Assembly: GCA_038496445.1 (NCBI GenBank)
Contig: JALMLS010000092.1
Location: forward strand, 46,861-110,860
DNA from: Trichosphaerium sp. ATCC 40318
Taxonomy: Eukaryota; Protista; Tubulinea
DNA length: 64,000 nt
Direction: 5' to 3'
A program made the position numbers and the translations under genes. Of the stretch, positions 50,206 through 63,890 are shown in pieces. The notes beneath the pieces are model-generated. The model saw only the letters and a program-made list of their open reading frames with translations. It searched no databases and was not told the origin of the DNA. How positions within the stretch are numbered: position 1 is the stretch's first letter; each line of letters opens with the position of its first letter.

Positions 50206-53200
50206 ATGACTTCGATAAATGGGTACACTCCTGAAAAATCTTCATTATATCGCTCTACATCATCATATGGGTCAGCAAAGTCTGTCGCAAGACGAGACGA
50301 ATGGGTTAAGAACCTAAATAGAATTTTTACTTCTATTGCCAGCAGGTACGTGTTATATTACAAAGATAAAGCGCTCACACGCGTCCAGAGACGAAAAAGT
50401 GAGAATTCAAGGATGTACGAGACTAAAAGACTACGTACGTTCAAAAATATCGTTTTGATACCTCTGAATCGCTCTAAAGTGGTGTTGCTGCCATGATACA
50501 GCACTTGCTATTTTTCTTTGTTTTGTTTTAAGCCGCTTCGAAGCGCTAACTGAGTTTTAGATGACAAGATTGTCGCAAGCAATGCAAGGAGAGCACTTTG
50601 CATACATTGTCAACTGCTTAAACAAAAATATATCTTCCCTAACCCGAAGCAACGATAAACGGAGAGTAAACGCCGGAATAATAGCGCTGGGTACGTTTAA
50701 ATTCTTTTTCGTTAGAAACCGTCAAGAATTCTGTTTTATAAACGGGAACGATACGCAGGCGATATGTACATTACGTGTAAAATGCGTAGCGTGCGTTCTT
50801 AGAGTTCATAAAAGCGTTCTACAACTTTTTTAATTTGTACAATAAAAAAAAAAGTGAAGATACTAAAAGTTTCTGTTTAGAGTGCTTGCTTCAGATTAAG
50901 TACGACACTCACCAAGAGAGCTTCGCTACACAATGGGCAAACTATCTCAAGACAGCTTACAGTGAGGCAACAACACTTGATATGGTTGTACAAGCAACAA
51001 GGTGTCTCGGTAAGTTGTCTTTGTTTTTTTTTTATTATTTGATTAAGGTGGAAGTTGCTATCTCGCTTTGATACTCTATTGTTTTGTCTTGGTTCGCTTA
51101 TTTTAGTAGGTTTGCTTCTTTCTCTTCATAAGAAACACATTAACAGAGCTTTTATTGACTTTGAGTTCTCGAATGCACTTGAGAGCCTTCAACTTGAAGA
51201 AAAGCATCTCTTAACAAGACAAACAGCTCTCTGCGTATTGACAGAGTTACTTCATCATGCACCTACTTTGGTCAACCTTAACGCACGTGATACTTAACAA
51301 GATTTGTTCGAAAAAATGTCACTTGACGTGGTATTTCCTAACATTGCAAACAGCACATCGATATGTTTATTACAGTTATGGGAGATATATTAAATGATCC
51401 AAGCTTAGTGATCAGAAATGGTAACGACTAGTTGTTTTGAACTGTTATTCTTGTAATTTACTTAAACTGTTTATTATAGGCTCTGTTAATGCCCTTGAAT
51501 GGTGTTTGATATTGATATCGACTCGATCTGCTGGTGTTGACCAAGAACACGAGTTTTATGTAAAAATCTATGCTATTGCTGAAGTAGGTCTCACGAAACC
51601 ATCAAAGAGTTTACCTATTATACATGGTTCTTTGGTTGTTATTGGTATGTTCGCTTCTTTCATTATCACGTGTATCATCACGTGTACCTTTTTACTGATT
51701 GATGTTTTTTAAGGCAAGCTGCTTCATGCAAATACAATGGGTTTCATGGATGATAAATTCAGTATTTTGTGTGAACGTGTTTATGCTCTTCGTGATCATA
51801 AACAACCTTTGATTCGTCACTCAGTTATCGCTCTTATTCCTGAGCTTGCTTCGTATAACCAAGAAGAGTTTAGTGCTAATTGGCTTGATAAGTTTATTAC
51901 ATTCATTCTTCGAAGTGCAGCAAAAGAAAGAAGTGATCGTAAAGTAGCTCTTAAGTCTATTGGTGAAATCGCACTTGTAAGTCAACTTTTTTTTGGCTTT
52001 TGTCTTAAGGTTTGTATTGTAGGCCATCAAAGCACCTCTTGAGCCTATGTTAGATGATATTATGATTGTTGGTAAAGAATCATTAATCAATCCAAAGAAG
52101 GGAAGTACTCCTGTACGTGATAAGCAACGTTATTTTGATAAACCTTAACAAACTTTGATGCTTATGTTTTTCGTAAGGGAAATGAATTCTACGAATTTAT
52201 TGGTATGCTGGCACAAGGTACTATCTCTTTATATTGCCCTTAATGAAATAAAAAGTTAACGCATTACTAGGTCTTGGAGACGCCATGGCACCTCATGCAG
52301 AACCATTACTGCGTAAGTATAAAAATTCGTTTTTTTTGAAAAAATCTTCTATTTGAATGACGCTTATACTTTTGTTCTCTAGCTATGTTCTTTGATCTGC
52401 AGTTAACAAAAACAGTTCTAAGAATGTTCTCTCTTCTTATGAAGCATGTACCAACACTAAGATCTGTGATACAAGGTACAATTTAGAAATCTTTAAACCA
52501 TCCAAGGTCTATACTCACTCTTTTTGAAGATCGTCTTATCAATAAGTTTAAACGAACATTGACTACAGAGCATTATGGAGTAACAACGCCAAGGAAGAAG
52601 AGGAAACAAGGAGGTAAGAGAATAGTGTTTTAAGACATATTGTATCATGTGCTGAGTGTTTTCTTTTTAGCTTCTCCAATCACTTCAGCGCCAGTACCAA
52701 CACCTTGGGATAATAACTCAGGAGCAATCACACAGAATACTTCACGTATAATATTCACATTGAACAGTCTCTCTGCACTTGAGTTTGATAAACCACTTGC
52801 AGAATTCGTAAAGACATGTGTTATCACATACTTGGATAATCCAAACAGGTTAGTAAAAAACTTTTTTTTGAAAAAGTTTAACTTATTTTGATTTTTTAGC
52901 AAAGTACGACTCAGTGCTGTACAAGCGTGTATCAAGCTATTGATTGGTAATAACGAAGCCCCTGCATTACGTGGTTATTCAGCAAAGGTTATAACGGATT
53001 CACTTGAGCGATTACTCGAAGTGGCAATGACTGACTCAAAACTAGAGGTAAATACAATTTTTGAACAATTTGTATTATTTTTTGTTTAACAAAAGCTTCC
53101 TTTTTGTAGATTCGTTTGCGTATTCTTCGTTCTTTAGATGCTAGATACGATCCATTTCAATCTCAACCAGAGTTTCTTAAGTCACTGTACTTGTTTCTAT

Positions 53201-56200
53201 ATGATGAATCCTTGGAAGTCAGAGAAATTGTAATTGTACTCTTGGGTAGACTTGCAAAGTATAATCCAGGTTATGTCTATCCAACAGTTCGCCGTAAGCT
53301 CATTGAGCTCATAAAAGAGATTGGTACAAACCCTACCATATCATACAACAGACATCTAATTATTGCTTCTAGAACATAACAAGGATTCTATGGCTGAGCG
53401 TACAGCTGAACACAGAGTTACTGAATTTGGTCTTGTTATAAAGCATATGCCACAGCTTGTTTCACCATACGCTGATGCTGTACTTAATGCATTACGTCTA
53501 AAGCTAGAGAACCCTGAATTCGATCTACAAGAGGTACAATACCCATCACTCGTAATAGACTCAAGGTTTTCTTATTTCGCTATTTTAGGATCAACGCGTC
53601 ATCACTGAAGCCTTGGCAGCACTTGGCGATTTAGCACAAGTATCATCAAGTGTTATGAAGAAACATATATCTCCATTGCTTAAACTTGTTATTGATAATC
53701 TTCATCATCGACATACAGCTTACAGAAGAGATGTTGCTTTTAAATCTCTTGGTCAGATTATTCAAAGCACAGGATATGTCATCAAGCCTTTCTTGGAATA
53801 CCCACAACTCATGGGTATTATCCTTGAACGTATTAAGCTAGCTGGAACTCAGTCTGAGCGTGAAGAACCTCTTCGTGTGTTGGGTATCATTGGAGCACTT
53901 GATCCATATAAATACAAACTACAACAACTTCGTTTGCTTGAGGAGAAACCTTCAGGAGATTTAGAGCTTCTTCAGATTACAGAGAAGCAAATGGCAAAGC
54001 AGATTCTTAGAGGATTAAGGCCTGGTGTTGATGAGTACTATTCTGCTATTGCTCTAGTTGTACTTCTACGGTTCTTGCGTAATCCATACTCCAACCTCGC
54101 TGTTGTACGTTTCTTTTTAAGCTAACCTTTTTTTTTCTTCGCGAATTTTTTTCTGATTTTTTGTTTTTTAGTCACAACGTGCTGTGATTCAAGCGGTCAC
54201 AACAATTTTCAAGAGTCTTGGACTCAAGTGTGTAAGGTACTTGAGGTATGCGATGCCTTTGTTTGCACATGTCATGAGGGTTTGCGGTACGTTTAAAATC
54301 TATCTTTGAACTACAGGTTTTTTTTGGAAGTCTTGTATACTGACATTCCATTTTAGGCGACTCACAGCCGGGTCTGAGAGAACTTGTATTCCAGCAATTA
54401 CATATTCTTGTTCGCATTATCAAACACTATGTTAGAGACTACCTAAATGATATCCTGCAGGTAATCTAGGCGTTGACTTTTTAGTTCTTTTTCGGAACTT
54501 TCATCAAGACTTTTAACTTATTTTTTGTCTTTTCTTAATTACTTATTCTATTGTAGCTTACCTCTGAATACTGGGATAGCCCAGAACTAGTCGTTCATGT
54601 TATTAAACTAGTTGAACAACTTTCAATCGCTTTGAGTGATGAGTTCAAACCTTGTATCACAACCCTTCTACCTAAGATGCTTGATGTTCTTAAAGATGAT
54701 AGAACTGAAGGTAACAAAGGAACTCAGCAAGTCTTGCATGCTTTCTCTATATTTGGCACAAGTCTAGATGATTCAATTCATCTTGTAATACCAGCAATGG
54801 TTCGTCTATTTGATGGTAAAAGCGGAACATATCCTTTTGTCAAAAAAGTAGCTTTGGAGAGTATGGCGGATATGTGCGCGATACATGACTTGTATAAATT
54901 CTCTTTGGCAATCATGCAAGCTATTGCGCGTTGCTTAGAAGTCACATCTGATTCTAATGTCATCTCAACAGCAATGAAGGTACGAGAGTCAAAAACTTGT
55001 TTGATTCCTTTTTTTTTTTCTCACTAATTTTTTTTGTTAGACGTTGTGTGCTCTCGTTAGGAGCTTCGGTCAGGGTTATAAACAGTTTGTTCCTATGATA
55101 CATAAAGTTATGTTTATCAAGGATATTCAAAATTCTGATTACGATGCTCTTGTGATTAAATTCATGAATTTGAAGAACGGTGAAAGACTTGAGTTTGAAG
55201 CAAAACCAATGGTTGACGAAACAGGTTCGCTGGTTTTTTTTCTCCAAGGTTTTTAAAGATTTTGGCTTACTTGTTCTTTTAGAAGAACCAGATACACGTA
55301 ATGTACCAGATTACGGTGCCATTGGTGGATCTAAACCTAATGGAACAACAATGAAGCATGGTAAAGTCAATTAGCTTTTTTTTTTCTTCGTTGTACTAAT
55401 TTTTTTTTTTGTTTTCAGCTTGGGATACATCTCAATGTTTCACAGACATTGATTGGCGTGAGTGGTTCCGAAAGTTATCTACTACAGTACTTTCAGAGTC
55501 TCCATCTCCTGCACTTATGTGTTCTGCATCTGTTGCAAGTCAACATCCACCAACACTCAGGTACTTTAAAACATTAGGGTCTTCAGTTTTTGTGAGCTTG
55601 TATTAATTTTATGTTAGTGAGCTTTTCAACGAAGGCTTCTTATCATGTTGGGAGCGTCTACAAGGAGACCTGAAGGAAGATTTTATTAAAAACTTGGAGA
55701 CTGTACGAAAGCCTAATTTAGATCTTTGACATTTTTGATCATTTATTGTGTTTTAGGCTTTGACTTCACCTAATATTCCAGCAAAGACACTTCAAGTACT
55801 CTTAGATCTTGCAGAGTTTATGGAACACAACGAAAAGCCTCTACCAATAGACATATCTCTTTTGAGTAAACTGTCTCATCAGTGTAGTGCTTATGCTAAA
55901 GCTCTTTACTACAAGGTATTTTAGCCTTTTCCTTCGTTTACAATGCTCATGTTTTCTTTCTTTTTAGGAGATCGAGTTCAGACAAAAACCTAAAGAGACA
56001 GTCCCTGATTTGATTAATATTTACTATGAGTTGGGTGAACATGTCGCTGCTGATGGTATTCTTGTCTACGCTCAACAAAAGTTTGGTTTGAAACCAAAGC
56101 TTGAGTGGAAAGAAAAACTTCAACGTTGGCTTGGAAGTGTTGCTGAGTATGATACTTTATTGGAGCAAGAACCAGATAACCCAGATTTGTATATTGGCCG

Positions 56201-59200
56201 TCTAAGAAGTCTTTCAGAGTTGGGAGACTGGGACACACTCAGCCCTGCTATACACCATGCTTGGTATGTTCACAATCTTACAATATGGTAAACTCATCTA
56301 AAATCAATAATAGGGAGAAATGGGGATCTACAAAACATAGAGCTGATGTTGCTAGACTTGGTATAACTACAGCATTGAGTCTTGCTGACTGGAAGGTAAG
56401 AAAATTCACAAATCTTTATTTACAGACTAAAATACAAGTGTATTATCACGTGATAAGGAAGAGCCAAGATTTTTTGACAATTTTTTTCAATCTCTGCTTT
56501 TGAGTTTTGCGTTTTTTTGTGTTTGTTCTTCTCTAAAATTTTTAGGCCATTCCTATGTTCTTGCCAGCCATTGAACAGAATTCTATTGAAGGTTGTCTGT
56601 ATAGAGCCATTGTAGCTTTTAATAACAAAGAGAGTGATAAAGTAAAGCAGTTTTTATCAAAAGGCAGAGAAATCGCCTCTGCGAACTTGACAGCATTACT
56701 TGGGTATGCTTTTTTGAACATGTTAACAAGTTCACTAAACCTTACACTTATTCTTTAGTGAGAGTTACTCACGTGCCTATGATGTGATTGTAAAAGTACA
56801 ACAAATCTCTGAAATGGAGGAAATACTAGGTTGTGAGAACGCAGGTCCACAACGCCGGTCTGAACTCAAACAGCTATGGAGAAAAAGGTAACTCAATATC
56901 AATGCTCTGTTCTATCCACTGACTTATTTTTTTAGGATTGGAGGATGTAAGCAATCTGTTGCAGTGTGGCAAGATACCTTGGCGTTACATCAACTTGTTA
57001 TACCAAAGGAAGAGAATCTCGAAGTTTGGGTAAAATTCGCAGACTTGGTTCGTAAGCATCAACGTCCAAATCGTGCCATGAGGCAGCTAGGTAAACTATT
57101 AACTGGTAAAACTGCTGTCATGAAAGTATCCGATCCAATTCCTGCCGGTGGACACCCTCTGTACGTCATACCCACGAACAGAGGTTCAGAACTTGAACCA
57201 AGAGAATACTGACAACTTTTGTTTTTGATAGAGTCAAGTTCACTTACATGAAACATTTGTGGTACCAAAGAAAGTATAGAAAATGGGCACATGATCATAT
57301 GGCAAAGTATGTTAATAACTTTGATGCTGGTATCAGTCCCAAGCTAAAGGCGAAGTGCTATTCTCGTTTTGCTTCATGGCAACTTAATCTGAATTACTAC
57401 AATCTTAACGAGGTTAGTTTGGGTTTTCTTTTCAATCCTTTTCAATCGTCTACTAACAACCCTTGTTCTAGCAAATCATTCCTAAGATTATAACAAATGC
57501 AAGAAAAGCAAGAGAGAATAACGACCAGTCTCATAAAGTTTGGCATATTTGGGCTATTGTACACTACAGGGTAAGTTGAATTGAAAAGAACTTTGCAATC
57601 GTGATTTTTTTTTTTTTCACGTGTTTTTTGTGATTTGCCAGTAATGTTCTTTTTAGGTTGTTGCTCACTATGAGAAGCGTAAAGAGAAAACAAAGATGGA
57701 TAAGTTCTTGTTACCTGCTGTAACTGGATTTATTCGTTCTATTGCTCTATCGCCTGAAGAGAATCTTCAGGATACTCTACGTCTTTTGACTTTATTCTTT
57801 AAATACGGAGGTAAACCAAAGATAACACAGGCTATGGATGACGGTATAGATATCATTAACCTAGACAACTGGTTGTCTGTAATGCCTCAGGTACCCTTTT
57901 TCTTTTCTTTCGTATTTTCTCACATGTTTCACGTGCTTTTTTTGTGAGTTGTGTATCTCTTTCTTACTCTTTATCAATAGTTGATGGCACGTATTAGTAC
58001 ACAACGTGAGAGTGTAAGGAACTTGATTCATAAGTTACTTCATAAAGTCGGTCAAAAGCATCCACAGTCTCTCATCTATCCTCTTACTGTTGCTCTGAAG
58101 GTATGGCTGAATTTCCTTCATCTTTGCGCAATTTTTCCCCTTTCTTTTGCTTACCACGTGATAGTCTGATATCCCTGTTCGTGTTGAGGCTGCTAAAAGC
58201 ATCTTGGAGAACTTGAGGAGTCATTCTTTTAAGCTTATTGATCAAGCTATTCTTGTTTCACAAGAGCTTATTCGTGTTGCTATTCTTTGGAAAGAAAGAT
58301 GGCTTAAAGGGCTTGAAGATGCTTCTCGTCATTACTACAAAGAAAAGAACGCTGAGCGTACACTTTCTACTCTAGAAGCGCTGAACTCTATGCTTGAAAA
58401 GGGACCACAAACAGCACACGAAAAAGGTAAAAAAAAATGAATTTTTTTTTTAAAGTGTTGTCTACCTTGATGTTGTTTGCTTCTTTTTTACTTAATTTCT
58501 TTTTAGCATTTGCTAAAGCGTTTGGGAGAGATTTGACAAAAGCTTGGGAATGTTGTAGAGAGTATAAACGCACAGGAAAATTGTCTTGCATGAACCTAGC
58601 ATGGGATCTGTATTCCCACGTGTTTAGAACAATTAAGAGACAACTACAGACAGATTTTGATCATATGCATCTACAAACAGTATCTCCTATGCTACTAGCA
58701 GTAAAAAATCTTGATATATCGGTACCAGGTAACGTTATAGAGAACCACCAGTGAAACGAAACAAAAGTTTTCTTCTGACTTATTTTTTACCATTTAGGAA
58801 CTTACTCCGCATCTACCAGTGAAAAAGTCGTTCAGATTAAAGATTTGGCTCCTGTGCTGAAGGTTATTCCTTCTAAGCAGAAACCAAGAAAGCTTGTTAT
58901 CCATGGTGGCGATAAAGACAGAAACTATCCATTTTTATTGAAAGGTACCGTTTAATATCATGACGTAACATTGTATTTTAATGCTATTTTAAAGGTCACG
59001 AAGATTTACGCCTTGATGAGCGAGTGATGCAGCTTTTCGGTTTAGTAAATAGACTACTTCAAGCAGAGTATATTACAAGACAGAATCACATTAAGATTAC
59101 TACATATGCTGTTATTCCTCTTTCTCCAGATACTGGTACTTTTTTTTGACTTTTTGAATGTTGGTCAAGTTTTTTGCATTGTTGGCTTTGACTAACTAGT

Positions 59201-60551
59201 CTTGCTCTTTAGGATTAATTGAGTGGGTGTCTGGATGTGATACATTACATGAATTGATGAAATCATACAGGAAGCAACGCAATATAGCTATTGACGCTGA
59301 GTTGACGCACATGCAACGTGCTAGTTTTGGATCAACAAATAACGCTTATTACTACAAGATGAGTACAATTCAAAAACTAGAAGTATTCCAATATGCTCTA
59401 TCAAAAACAAAAGGAGATGATTTAGAGAGAATACTATGGCTTAATAGTAAGAGTTCAGAGGTACGATGAACACAAAAGGCTCATTTTTAAGCTCAAAAAG
59501 AAGACAAACCTCAATGACTTTTTTTTTTTGGTTTTTGGTTTCGACTTCGCTTCAACGGTTTTATTCTTACTTTTTTTGCCTTCTAGCAATGGATTGATAA
59601 ACGTATGGTATACACTAGATCTCTTGCTACTATGTCTATGGTTGGTTATATTCTAGGATTGGGTGATCGTCATCCTAATAATCTGATGTTGAATCGAAAT
59701 ACTGGTATGGTTATTCATATTGATTTCGGAGATTGCTTTGAAGTCGCTATGCATCGTGAAAGGTTCAGTGAGAAAGTACCATTCCGTCTCACAAGATTAT
59801 TGATAAACGCCATGGAAGTATCAGGTATCGAAGGTAACTTCAGGTCAACTTCAAATACAGTCATGAATCTTTTGAGAAACAACAAAGAAAGTATTCTTGC
59901 TGTACTCGAAGCCTTTGTATATGATCCTCTTGCGCAACTTGGATGGCTTTTACAGCGTAATGGTGGAACTGATAAGGATGATGATGGTCTTGAGACACCA
60001 GGTAGTTAAATTCTTTTGGAAGGTTAAAGTTGTTTGTACTGATTGGTTTTTTTTGTTTTAGATGGTGGTCAAAGTATGTCTGCTAAAATTGTTTCTGAGT
60101 TCAGTTGGAGTGGTACTGCAAGTGGTATAGATAGTATCGGCACAAGTGCAAACTCATTCGTTAGGTACGAACCCCAGACAAACGCGTTTTTTTTAGAAGT
60201 CTTTTGTTCTTGAAGTTTTTTGTTTTCTGACTTGTTTTACTCTGTAGGGATATCCCATCACGATCAGCTCTTGAAAATTCTGTTAGAGAATATGGTATTG
60301 ATATCAATCAAAAAGCACTTGAAGTTATTGACCGTATCTCAGCAAAGTTAACTGGACGTGCGTGCATAGAGTGTTTTTTTTTTTTGAAAAACTTTGCTTA
60401 ACCATGTTTTTTCTTAACAGGTGATTTTGCGTCTAATACCAGGACCCATAAACAACTTGATGTTACGGAACAAGTAGATAAACTTATATCTCAAGCTACT
60501 GATCATGAGAACTTATGTGCTGCTTACCTTGGATGGTGTCCGTACTGGTAA
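50206..60551 (+). CDS. TOR: Target of rapamycin kinase (HEAT repeats, FAT, FRB, PIKK kinase, FATC)
   Basis: [145 protein letters not shown]. Confidence 0.97.
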
Positions 60552-61654
60552 AAAGAGGAAATAAAAAAAAAAGAACCAAAAAAAAAAAAAAGAGATAAAA
60601 ATAGAGACACAACAAAAAAGTTGTAAATATCATCGTTTGTAAATAATAAAAAGGTTATAGCAGCATGCATATTAAGTGATTGAAAGTTCTACAACCTAGT
60701 AAACTACGTCGTGATAGAGCCACACCTACATTTTTGGAGTTGCCGCTTGAGATTAGCATATTCTACAACAAACCATGTTGAACACGATTCACGGCTTGTC
60801 AGACGTGTCATCTACTCTCTTCTATTATTCATGAAGCCATTGGGTACAATGAAATTGGAGGTGACTGTAACAAAGAATTTGCTGTTGTACACGTGATTTG
60901 CCTACAAGGCACTCAAGTTACAGTTGAAGGCATTACAGCACTCAAAGTTGTACATAGAATAGATCTTCGCAACACTGTAGTGACTAAAGGAAACAACTCC
61001 AAGTAATTGTGGGACAACTTAAGGCAGTTGGCGTTGTGAGTGCAGTTGTTGGTGGTACTATAGTTGACAGTATGAAACTTCACTTCATGAACAAACATTA
61101 TAGTGTAATTAGACTTTTTGGTAAATAAGGAGGTGTATGATGTCCCAAAAAGCCAATTTACACTAATTCTTGTTCACGTGATATATTTTCAAACTTTAGT
61201 ATGGATGTGGACAGTGTATTACCAGTTTTAGGCTGAACCAAAAACAAGACGGAGTGTGAACAAAACTTATGTGAACAACCTCCGAGGAAAAGGCAAACCA
61301 AGCGGAATTAAAAAGAAACCGCTCGTCGCGTTCCATCTCTGAGCCCCTTACATACCTTGAATAGTACATGGCACATATATATCTGTTTATTAATCGCTTA
61401 GTAGAGGACTCAACATACAAACTACCAAATACCTGTACCAGTTTTATCTACGGAAGAATCCAAGAGCTCAAGGTACCGCATCGTTTCGTAAATCAAACAT
61501 GAAATTAAATTAAATTAAATACTGATCACATGACCTGCAAAATTAATATGTAGCGGCTAACGTTCAGTAGCAATTATTCCGGCTACTTTGTGCTAAATAA
61601 TTCAAAACGATAAAATTAGTTCTTTTCTCACGTTTTTAGTAGTTTCTACGTCAA

Positions 61655-62540
61655 ATGCATCGGATTACAATGAATTCGATCTTGGTTCTACTTCTAGTGA
61701 TGATAAATGTATCATATGCCCAAATTGATTTCGTAACAGCATTGAGAGATGTGTACTCTCATGACCCTTTATTTCACGTGCGTGGCTTTATTTCTGTAGG
61801 TGCTATTTTTACTTACATCCCAATTTAGCCCTGCAACCATACTGGCGTGACATGCGATGAATCCGACGCCATATGTGAAGTGTTGGTGTTAAGCTAAACG
61901 TTTGCGTTGTTGTAACTAAAAGCGGTAGGCGAATGCATGAGGACATTGATTTGAACTTGAGTGATGACGCCTTTGATGCATTGGACTCGCTCACGGTTTT
62001 GTAAGAAATACTCTTCTTTTTATGTACTAAAATGGTTTTCAAGAGACCTAAGCACTGATAGTATATCATGGACGCTTACATTGAATCCTGGAAAACTCAT
62101 GAATCTTGAGAGTTTGTACGTCATCATATTGTTTTTGTTTCTCGTGTTATCAAATTGTTTACACTTCAAACAGATCTCTTTTTGGTAAGTTAGGAGATAC
62201 CGAGTAATGTACATACCTCACGCCTAGGAAATATTCAAAGAGTACAGCATTCAATTCCTCCATCCATCTTACAGCTAACAAAACTCCGAGACATGTAAGT
62301 GATTATTATTCTGACTTATTCTAATTATGTTTTACAGAAGTATAACGTATGATTCTAATATGGCAGGAACAATTCCAACGAATTTATTTACAAGTCTTTC
62401 TCAACTAGAATTTCTGTAAGCACAACACAAACCACGTGTTTTTTAGAACACAACAAATTAACTTTTTTAAGCGATTTATCACACACTGAGATTAGTGGTC
62501 CTATTCCAGATATACCATACCTCCTGTAAGAGCCTGTATT
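61655..62540 (+). pseudogene. Inverted, 3'-truncated eighth LRR gene copy, with about 480 bp of its upstream region (from about 61170)
   Basis: MHRITMNSILVLLLVMINVSYAQIDFVTAL; cap and LRR1-4 exons intact, then LRR5 breaks into a stop at about 62527; 61170-61640 is the reverse complement of about 32620-33090. Confidence 0.85.
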
Positions 62541-62879
62541 GAAACTAAAGTTGTATTTTTAAGTATTACTATTTTCTTCAGTACACCTTTGGATCAATAC
62601 CCAGTATACTTAATTTAATATTTGTGTCCATGTGCTTTTTTCATTGCATTACACCATCTGATTCATTATTCTGCATTCCAATCAGTCAAATAATTCTACC
62701 AATCATCATGTTAAAGTTTTGTTTTTGCCTTTGAAGAATATTTGTACCCATCAAGCATGAAAGTTTAACTAATACTCTGTTCTATTGACACAAAACCTTT
62801 CAAATTCTCATGAAGTCTTTTCCAAAAAACACAAGAGTTTTCTGTGTGTATTGCAATTTTCTTGTACTGAGACTTTGTC

Positions 62880-63890
62880 ATTGCATCACCTTAAATCAAA
62901 CCATAGTGAGTAAAACATCTTTTTGTCTCCATTTGCATTATAACAAGTGTAGTCCCAATAATTTTTCAATTGTGCTAAATCTATTTTCAATCAGGGCATA
63001 ACAGGGCCACTTTATAAGTCTTGGTTTGCAAAAGTTTTGACTCTTTAAGAATCTTACGTTGTCTGTGCCAAATGTCGTAACAGTGATTTAGGTTGTTATG
63101 TTGTGGGAAAGCTTCTACCATTTGTCTTAAAGAGAGACTTGTTCCGCTACATTCATCTGAAGTTACATAGTCTATTCTGCGAGTATTGTGTGCCAAGTGT
63201 TTCAAAGCTTCTATTCTGCTACCTTTGCCTTTATCTTTGCATTTATGGGTCTTACATACAGAATCGTCTGCATGTCCTTGATATAATACTTTTCTACTGT
63301 CTTGATTGATTATAGTGCATGTTGCGTATGGTGCAGGACTTAATGGTTGATAACATCTTGAAAACTGCTCATCAAATTCAACATGTGCTCCATGTTGCAC
63401 TTGTATACAGTGGTTGTCCAGTTCTGTATACTCGTGTACAATATCCTCTTCTGTTTTACTTTTAACAGCCTTGACAAAGATTTTTTTGACTGCTTCCATT
63501 CTGTCATGTGTAATAAAATGCACATTCATGCCAGAGAATAAATCTTTTGCAAATTTGTAAGAAAGGCCAGCCAATAAAGTTGATGTTGCTACTGCACAAT
63601 TAATGTGTCTTCGACTTGTCTACAAAAAAAAAAAATTAGTAAATTGAAAAACTATAAAACACACCTTAGAACTTCTCTTATCTAAATCAACACACATTTT
63701 ATCATTAGCACCAATATCCACTGTTACTTTTGCAGCACATCCATCTGTGACAACAGCCATTCCAGCTACTGGTGTATTATTTCGTCCAAGAGTAGAAAGA
63801 CTGACATAGATCATATAACTTTCCACATTGACAAGATGTTTTCTTCTTTGTCACATACATGAGTACCTTAGGCCCTTTTATATCTGAAAT
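62880..63890 (-). mobile_element. Decayed DDE transposase gene, Mutator-like/Kolobok-type; may extend beyond the window
   Basis: INCAVATSTLLAGLSYK..VEFDEQF..SPAPYATCTII..KVL..EALKHL..IDYVTSDE..HCYDIWHRQRK, then after a disruption KNYWDYTCYNANGD..SLW. The motif order matches the D..SP.A.Y.T / TD / H.FD.WH..K / NH.WW..C.GD pattern of this group. Intron at about 63621-63664. Confidence 0.62.

Noticed and set aside
49788-50228. 146-codon minus-strand ORF in the Zn2Cys6/TOR intergenic region
   Set aside because: Non-ATG start, overlaps the TOR start and promoter, and has no protein-like motif.
45882-60551. Rho, Zn2Cys6 factor and TOR as a functional signalling cluster
   Set aside because: Adjacency in a compact eukaryotic genome is not evidence of a shared pathway.
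60700-61100. Short ORFs downstream of TOR
   Set aside because: All frames are interrupted and no motif is recognised.
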